NCBI GenBank assembly: GCA_016931955.1
Contig: JAFGDV010000022.1
Span: 32,001 to 96,000 of the forward strand
Direction of reading: 5' to 3'
Length of the DNA: 64,000 nucleotides
Origin: Candidatus Altiarchaeota archaeon
GTDB taxonomy: Archaea; Altiarchaeota; Altiarchaeia; IMC4; QMZM01
The notes below the pieces were generated by a model. It worked only from the letters and a program-made list of their open reading frames with translations. It did no database searches and was not told the origin of the DNA. Positions 58,219 to 64,000 of this stretch are shown one piece after another. Positions within the stretch are counted from its first letter, which is position 1, and the number at the start of each line of letters is the position of its first letter. Both the position numbers and the translations under genes were made by a program.

Positions 58219-59640
58219 ATGAAACACAGAGAAACTAAACAGAAAAAAGTGAGGAAAGAAAACCTCTCAGACTGGTATCATTGGATACTGGAGGAAGCGG
58301 ATATCGTGGACTCCCGGTACTCCATAAAAGGTATGCTCGTCTACAAAAAGTGGGGTCTACTCATCATAAGAGAGATGCAAAGATACCTTGAATCCCTGCT
58401 CGAAGAAAGCGGTCATGAGCCAACCCTTTTTCCAGTACTGATACCAGAGGACATTCTAGGGAAAGAAACACAACACATAGCAGGCTTCGAGGAGCAGGTC
58501 TTCTGGGTGACGCACGCAGGAGAAAACAAACTGGAGAGGAAGCTCGCCCTCCGCCCAACCTCAGAGACCTCAATATATGAGATGTTCCGGCTCTGGATAA
58601 GATCCCACACAGACCTACCGTTGAAGGTACACCAAAGCTGTGCAGTCTACCGATATGAGACAAAGCATACTCGACCCCTGATCCGTGGCAGAGAGTTCCT
58701 CTGGAACGAAGGCCATGCAGCCCACGCAGACAAAGAAGACGCTAAAAAGAATATTTTAGAGATCCAGGACATATACGGAAAACTGATCAGAGAACTCCTG
58801 TGCATGCCATTCCTCATAGACAGAAGACCTGATTGGGATCGCTTCCCTGGGGCGGACGACACATACGCGTTCGACACCATAATGCCTGACGGAAAGACCC
58901 TGCAGATAGCCACCGTCCACGACCTCGGGCAGAACTTCTCCACGGTCTTCGACATCACATATGAGGACTCTGAAGGCAAACACCAGCACATATACCAGAC
59001 ATCCTACGGCCCCAGCTTCGGCAGGCTCCTCGCCGCCTTAATATCAATACATGGAGACGACAGAGGACTTGTTCTCCCCCCAAAGATAGCCCCCCTGCAG
59101 GTCATAATCATACCGATCATATTCAAGGAATCAGATACCGCCGAAATCATGGAATACGCGAAGAAGATAAGAAAGAAACTGGATTCAATGGATGTGAGAA
59201 CAGAGATAGATGCCGGCGAAGAGCGGCCTGGCGCAAAGTTTTACTACTGGGAGATGAAGGGCGTCCCGTTGAGGCTAGAGGTCGGCCCCAAGGACCTGAA
59301 GGAGAAAAAAATAACAGTAGTGAGACGGGATACAGGTGATAAGTCAACCATAGCCTTCGATGAAGTCGACGATGTATGTAAGATATTTGAGGATATGTCA
59401 AAGGATCTGGGGGAGAAGGCTGAAAAAGGATTCAATGGGAAAATGTTCGAGGCCCCTGCTCTGGAGGATGTCGGCAAGTATGCGGGTAAAGGCGTGATAA
59501 AAATTGGCTGGTGCGGCAGGAAGGCTTGCGCAGAAGAAATCGGGGGATATGTGAGCATATTGAACGTCGACGGTGATCCGCTGGAGTGCGTAGTCTGCGG
59601 TGATAAAGGACAGGGGGTAAGGGCCGCCAAAACCTACTAA
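58219..59640 (+). CDS. proS: Proline--tRNA ligase (archaeal type)
   Basis: LRPTSET, YRYETKHTRPLIR.REF, HGDDRGL, C-terminal AKTY. Confidence 0.97.
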   Translation: MKHRETKQKKVRKENLSDWYHWILEEADIVDSRYSIKGMLVYKKWGLLIIREMQRYLESLLEESGHEPTLFPVLIPEDILGKETQHIAGFEEQVFWVTHAGENKLERKLALRPTSETSIYEMFRLWIRSHTDLPLKVHQSCAVYRYETKHTRPLIRGREFLWNEGHAAHADKEDAKKNILEIQDIYGKLIRELLCMPFLIDRRPDWDRFPGADDTYAFDTIMPDGKTLQIATVHDLGQNFSTVFDITYEDSEGKHQHIYQTSYGPSFGRLLAALISIHGDDRGLVLPPKIAPLQVIIIPIIFKESDTAEIMEYAKKIRKKLDSMDVRTEIDAGEERPGAKFYYWEMKGVPLRLEVGPKDLKEKKITVVRRDTGDKSTIAFDEVDDVCKIFEDMSKDLGEKAEKGFNGKMFEAPALEDVGKYAGKGVIKIGWCGRKACAEEIGGYVSILNVDGDPLECVVCGDKGQGVRAAKTY

Positions 59641-59642
59641 AG

Positions 59643-59933
59643 CTATGCTAGGGTAATCAACTGCATCATGGTTGAACGACCCCTTTTCATCCTTCCTCGG
59701 CTTTCAAGCCTGCGTCTCTCCTTTAGTTCCTCAAGATCTGACCTTATTCTGCCCAGGGTCTTCTGGTCTCTTGTGCTCAGATACGTCATTAGGACGTCAC
59801 CGATCTCCCTGAGTTCATGGTCGTTCTCGTATCTGCTAAGAAACTTCTCAAATGTCTTCTTGCTTTCTATCAGATCCTCCCTTCCAAGGACTAGAGACAT
59901 GTTTCTTATTACGTGGGGGCTTGCGGATATCAT
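59643..59933 (-). CDS. Hypothetical helical protein, paralogue B
   Basis: Similar to 59940-60242 (ASP.VI.N.S.VL...D..E.K...EKF..RY..D). Confidence 0.75.
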   Translation of the reverse strand: MISASPHVIRNMSLVLGREDLIESKKTFEKFLSRYENDHELREIGDVLMTYLSTRDQKTLGRIRSDLEELKERRRLESRGRMKRGRSTMMQLITLA

Positions 59934-59939
59934 CTTGGA

Positions 59940-60242
59940 TCATGTGACTTGGATTACCTGCATAGTATTGGGCCGCCTGTTGTTAAACCATAATCCGGTA
60001 GCCTCTAGTGTTCCTGATTTCCGGCTGTTCTTCAGCCTGTTCAGGCACCGCTTCACCTCCTCTATTTTACCGAGTTCTTGTGTTTCCAGGTATTCTGTAT
60101 ATTGTTTGCAGATCTTAAGTAGTTGTGTGTCTTCGGAATAACGCGCTGAGAATTTCTCAAGTAGCTGTTTTGCTTCAACAAAATCCCTCTTCTTGAGGAC
60201 CATTGATATGTTCTTTATTACAAAGGGGCTGGCTTTGACCAT
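59940..60242 (-). CDS. Hypothetical helical protein, paralogue A
   Basis: Tandem paralogue; minus-strand TATAAA 21-26 nt upstream of the ATG, probably leaderless. Confidence 0.75.
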   Translation of the reverse strand: MVKASPFVIKNISMVLKKRDFVEAKQLLEKFSARYSEDTQLLKICKQYTEYLETQELGKIEEVKRCLNRLKNSRKSGTLEATGLWFNNRRPNTMQVIQVT

Positions 60243-60268
60243 CTTTTATTCTTCTTTTTTGGTTTATA

Positions 60269-60300
60269 GAGATTGATAAACAATATTGTTTAACAATCTC
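60269..60300. promoter_or_regulatory. 32-bp palindromic operator (two ATTG-N5-CAAT boxes)
   Basis: GAGATTGATAAACAAT|ATTGTTTAACAATCTC, 15 of 16 pairs, in the divergent promoter region. Confidence 0.75.
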
Positions 60301-60366
60301 ATTAATATATAAGGAAGAACTTATATATAAAGTAAAAAGATACTGATTAATCATGATAAATCCAAG

Positions 60367-61809
60367 ATGACCCTACAAGACCAGATAATGGAGTACCTAA
60401 GCTGCTTGGAATTCGGCGCATCCTGCACAGAGATAGCAAAACAACTCGGCAAGAGCAGGATAACAACATCCAAGAACCTCGAAGTCATGAAGGTCAAAGG
60501 GCTCATAGACTACAAGAGGATTGGGATGACCAAGCTCTGGTACACACCAAGCGGCCGCGCAAACATTCAGAGCATAACAGTGCACTCAGACCTAAAGGAC
60601 GAGAAAGCACTTGCGGAGAAACTAAGCGACGACATAAAAAAGGAGGTTTCTAAACCCTCATTCATACTCGTCTTCTCCTCGACCCACATAGACCTGGCGA
60701 AATTCGCCAGATACTTCAAGAAGAAGTTCCCAAACAATACAAAGATCATCGGCAGCTCAACCTGCGGCGAGATATCGAAGTTCGGCATCACAGAGAACTC
60801 TGTCGTAGCGATGGCTATAAGATCAGACCACATCAGCGTGGGAGTCGGTATAGGCAAGAACTTGAAGGAGGAGGGATTCAAGGCAGGTAAGACTGCGGCT
60901 GAGATGGCATTAAACAACCTCGAACATGATTTTTCAAGAACCATCTCATACGGAACGACAGTCGGCGACATACTTCGCCTGAATCTTTTCTTTGCTTTCA
61001 TGTTCCCAGACTTCATGAGCGAACAGGAGGAAAGCGCATTAGATGGCATCTTCAGTGTACTGGGTACCAGATGCCCCATCCTCGGAGGGGGCAGCGGCGA
61101 CAACCTCAAATACGAGAGGACATATCAGATCTATAACGGAGAGGTTTACACAAACAGCGTTCTAGTGGCATTATTTGCACTCGACTGTAAAACAGACTCT
61201 ATCAGCGTTCACGGGTGGTACCCAACAGAAAAGAGCGCATTTGTAACAAAGGCTGATGGGAGAACGCTGTATGAACTGAATCATGAAAGGGCTTCAACAG
61301 TCTATTCTTCGATGATAGATCAAAACGAACAGGACTTGATAAAGAGAAGGAACATAGCCGTCTTAGAGAATGTTGGCTCAAAGTACGTTCTAAGCATCTC
61401 AGACATACATGGGAACACGTGGCTGAAACACCCGAACAGGGTATACGGCGATGGAAGGATGACCTTCTTCGCAAACGTCCCAGAAAACATTGTGGTTTCA
61501 TTGAATGAAGCTACCAAGGAGTCCGTCATAGGAGCGACGGAAGCAGCACTGAAGGAGATAAAAAAGAGGTTTAAACCGAGGATATGCATCATCTTCTATG
61601 CTATAGGTAGGAAAAAGTTTCTTGAGGGGTATGATGCATGCGAGGAAGAATTCAACTTAATCAAGAGGCAACTGAAGGGCGTGGACTTCATAGGCTTTTA
61701 CGCCTTCGGTCAGCAGGGATTCACGAACTCTGGAGTTACAGGGCACAGGAATCAGACAGTGAATTTTTTCTTCATCTCGGATGAACTACTCGCTAAGAGG
61801 CTTAAATAG
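60367..61809 (+). CDS. wHTH-FIST (NosP-like) one-component regulator
   Basis: EIAKQLGKSRITTSKNLEVM...IGMTKLW; IGSSTCGEIS; PILGGGSGD; HGWYP; GFYAFGQ...HRNQT. Confidence 0.85.
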   Translation: MTLQDQIMEYLSCLEFGASCTEIAKQLGKSRITTSKNLEVMKVKGLIDYKRIGMTKLWYTPSGRANIQSITVHSDLKDEKALAEKLSDDIKKEVSKPSFILVFSSTHIDLAKFARYFKKKFPNNTKIIGSSTCGEISKFGITENSVVAMAIRSDHISVGVGIGKNLKEEGFKAGKTAAEMALNNLEHDFSRTISYGTTVGDILRLNLFFAFMFPDFMSEQEESALDGIFSVLGTRCPILGGGSGDNLKYERTYQIYNGEVYTNSVLVALFALDCKTDSISVHGWYPTEKSAFVTKADGRTLYELNHERASTVYSSMIDQNEQDLIKRRNIAVLENVGSKYVLSISDIHGNTWLKHPNRVYGDGRMTFFANVPENIVVSLNEATKESVIGATEAALKEIKKRFKPRICIIFYAIGRKKFLEGYDACEEEFNLIKRQLKGVDFIGFYAFGQQGFTNSGVTGHRNQTVNFFFISDELLAKRLK

Positions 61810-61852
61810 TGTAGTATTTAAGTACTCAATCAGAATTATTTGATTGAAAAAA

Positions 61853-62020
61853 ATGCCGACCATGAGAAAACGGGATGTATCAGGTCCCGCGGGTGGTGCT
61901 GGATTGATCCGCTACTTTGACGTTGACGAGGGCGGCCCGAAGCTGGATCCGAAGCTTGTTATAAGCATTGTCGTTGCCATAATAATCCTGGAGCTTATGT
62001 CCTCTTTTCTGCTTGGCTGA
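61853..62020 (+). CDS. secG: Preprotein translocase Sec61-beta subunit
   Basis: Below the ORF cutoff: ...AGLIRYFDVDEGGPKLDPKLVI plus TM. Confidence 0.9.
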   Translation: MPTMRKRDVSGPAGGAGLIRYFDVDEGGPKLDPKLVISIVVAIIILELMSSFLLG

Positions 62021-62034
62021 TAGAAATAGTGTAT

Positions 62035-62308
62035 GGTGAACACACCCTGGAGTGGGAGCATCTCCTAGCCACTGGTTGCCTGAATCCTCTTCTCATCTCC
62101 GCTCCCTCACCAGCACCGTCTGCCATAGTTAGGGCTGCTCCCGCCAAGGCCTGACCCGGTTCCCATGGAAGGCGATCCAGTAAGACGCAGACTCATGGTT
62201 GAGAATCCAGACCAGTAACTAGTTGATACACCGCCTCCAAGGCTTCAGCCTTTCCGTGAGGGCGATTGGAAATGACAGGGGACGCCCAACCCCCCGGCCT
62301 AGTCCACC
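62035..62308 (-). ncRNA. ffs: Signal recognition particle (7S) RNA
   Basis: Terminal helix GGUGGAC/GUUCACC; Alu start CUAGGCCGGGGGGUUGGGCGUCCCCUGU; helix 8 GGGUCAGG-CCU-UGGC-GGG-AGCAGCCC. Confidence 0.92.
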
Positions 62309-62550
62309 GTTATAATATAGGCATTTCATGGCTAAAAGCAGGAAATCCACTATTGGAGGGATTATATTGAAAAGATTTCGAAAATCTTGGCTAAAAAAAA
62401 ACTAAGATTCAACTCAGAGAACAAAAAACCTAAGAGTGTATGAGAAAAACCTGTCTTAATCCACGTATATTCATGACTTGCCCGAAACCTACCATGTATT
62501 TATATACGAACTGGCTAAATTGTTTATCTATAAATTGATTACGTGAAAGG

Positions 62551-63639
62551 ATGGATTCCATTGTCAATGCTGCAATACAGCACGGACGGTTGGAGAGGCG
62601 CATTGTTGACGAATTTGAAGGGGTTGATCATCTGAAGATTGTTGTCCTCGGCTCAGGGGGAGCTGGAAACAACACAGTAAACCGTCTAAGCCACATTGGT
62701 TTGGAAGAGGCAGAGTTGGTTGCGGTAAACACCGACAAACAGGACCTTAAGAAATTAAATGGCAACATAACCAAGGTTATGATAGGTGCGAAACTGATGC
62801 GTGGACTCGGCGCAGGAGGCTTCCCAGAGTTGGGGGAGAAAGCAGCCGAATCAAGCCGTCACGAGCTTTCTGAACTGCTGGCAAACACTAACCTGCTGTT
62901 TCTGACAGCTGGAATGGGTGGAGGCACAGGAACCGGTTCAGCGCCAATAATCGCAGAGATCGCGAAAGAGGAAGGGGCGATTGTCGTATCCATTGTTACC
63001 TTTCCGTTCGATCTTGAGAGGGCTAGACTGGACAAAGCAAGGAAGGGAATAGAGAAGCTTAGAAAGGTCTCGGACACCGTCATCGTAATAGACAACAATA
63101 AACTGGTGGAGTATGTCCCGAACCTGCCCCTAGACAAGGCCTTTTTGGTAGCAGATGAGGTAGTCTCAAGAGCAGTTAAAGGCATAACTGAAACAATAAT
63201 GGAGCCAAGCTTGATTAACATAGACTTTGCAGACATAAAGGCCGTCATGGATAAAGGAGACGTTGCCGTGATATCCGTGGGCGATGGGGAAGGTCCGAAC
63301 AGGGTAGACCAAGCAGTAGAGAACACACTAAAGCAACCACTACTAGAGGTCGACTACAAGGATGCAAGTGGTGCGCTCATCCACATCACCGGCGGGGAAG
63401 ACATGACCCTTGGTGAAGCAAACCGTATAGGCGAACGGATAACAAGCCAGATCAGGGACGACGCTACAATAAAATGGGGTTCCAGGATAGACCCCTCACT
63501 GCATGACAAGATAGAGATAATAGCGATAATAACGGGCGTTAAATCCCCTAACATCCTCGGCCACAGTAAGGTATCCAATGCTGCGAGTATCTACACTGAG
63601 GAATTCAACAACTGGAGCGGAGACATCGTTGAAGTCTAA
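62551..63639 (+). CDS. ftsZ: Cell division protein FtsZ
   Basis: GSGGAGNN, VNTD, GLGAGG, GMGGGTGTG, NIDFAD. Confidence 0.98.
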   Translation: MDSIVNAAIQHGRLERRIVDEFEGVDHLKIVVLGSGGAGNNTVNRLSHIGLEEAELVAVNTDKQDLKKLNGNITKVMIGAKLMRGLGAGGFPELGEKAAESSRHELSELLANTNLLFLTAGMGGGTGTGSAPIIAEIAKEEGAIVVSIVTFPFDLERARLDKARKGIEKLRKVSDTVIVIDNNKLVEYVPNLPLDKAFLVADEVVSRAVKGITETIMEPSLINIDFADIKAVMDKGDVAVISVGDGEGPNRVDQAVENTLKQPLLEVDYKDASGALIHITGGEDMTLGEANRIGERITSQIRDDATIKWGSRIDPSLHDKIEIIAIITGVKSPNILGHSKVSNAASIYTEEFNNWSGDIVEV

Positions 63640-63641
63640 AA

Positions 63642-63680
63642 AAGTGCGCCCTTTGGGGTGCACTTGATCCTTTTTTTTTT
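63642..63680 (+). terminator. Hairpin plus poly-T after ftsZ
   Basis: AAGTGCGCCC-TTTG-GGGTGCACTT followed by T10. Confidence 0.7.
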
Positions 63681-64000
63681 ATTTTATTATGAAGTCCAAC
63701 AGACTCCTTGCTAGATTCTCTGTTGTCTTAATGCCGACATCGTCCTTCAGAACATCGCCGGGGTTCCTGCCAACCCCAATGCCACCAAAGTGGGCTGTTT
63801 CCTTGTCCGACACGACCACCATCTCATGGAGCAGCATCCAGTTGTGGATGTTCATGCAAACTAACTCTTGGCCACCGTTCCTGCTCCCACCTACCGCTAT
63901 CGCTCCCCCTACCTTGCCAGACAGCCTGTAGTTGTCTGCCCTCAGAGGCAGCGTTCTATCGAATAATGACTTCAGCTTCCCTGAAACAGATGAGAAATAT
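63679..64000 (-). CDS. Flavodoxin-like/iron-sulfur flavoprotein, C-terminal part (5' end off the window)
   Basis: YFSSVSGKLKSLFDRT...KVGGAIAVGGSRNGGQE...HFGG. Confidence 0.85.
   Translation of the reverse strand, partial: YFSSVSGKLKSLFDRTLPLRADNYRLSGKVGGAIAVGGSRNGGQELVCMNIHNWMLLHEMVVVSDKETAHFGGIGVGRNPGDVLKDDVGIKTTENLARSLLDFIIK

Overview
Archaeal chromosomal window. Ether-lipid genes (GGGPS, G1PDH, GGR, Tes), aIF5B/aIF2-beta, L34e, Sec61-beta and FtsZ, plus many Cys-rich, Thr-linker surface proteins, suggest an Altiarchaeota/DPANN-like organism; the taxon is inferred, not established. The main accessory feature is a ~9.6-kb AT-rich element integrated at tRNA-Cys(GCA), bounded by a 15-bp att direct repeat (19109-19123 / 28736-28750). 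It encodes a tyrosine integrase, divergent wHTH/RHH regulators, an AEP-primase/MCM-like helicase fusion with iterons inside its own coding sequence (a second iteron cluster lies 3.5 kb away), a putative SSB, zinc fingers, small membrane proteins and a tailed histone-fold protein. It sits about 200 bp from a host coiled-coil histone gene and has no recognisable capsid gene, so it resembles a satellite. Other highlights: (1) a 274-nt SRP RNA that appears to lack helix 6 and has a UGGC (URRC) helix-8 loop; (2) an unassigned ~155-nt four-way-junction RNA; (3) an HTH-FIST regulator facing two unknown paralogues across a 32-bp palindrome; (4) a shared Cys-rich cassette in three surface proteins and an AI-2E permease; (5) a giant surface protein ending in a cytoplasmic PIN-like domain. 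All family calls come from motifs read by eye; no database search was run.
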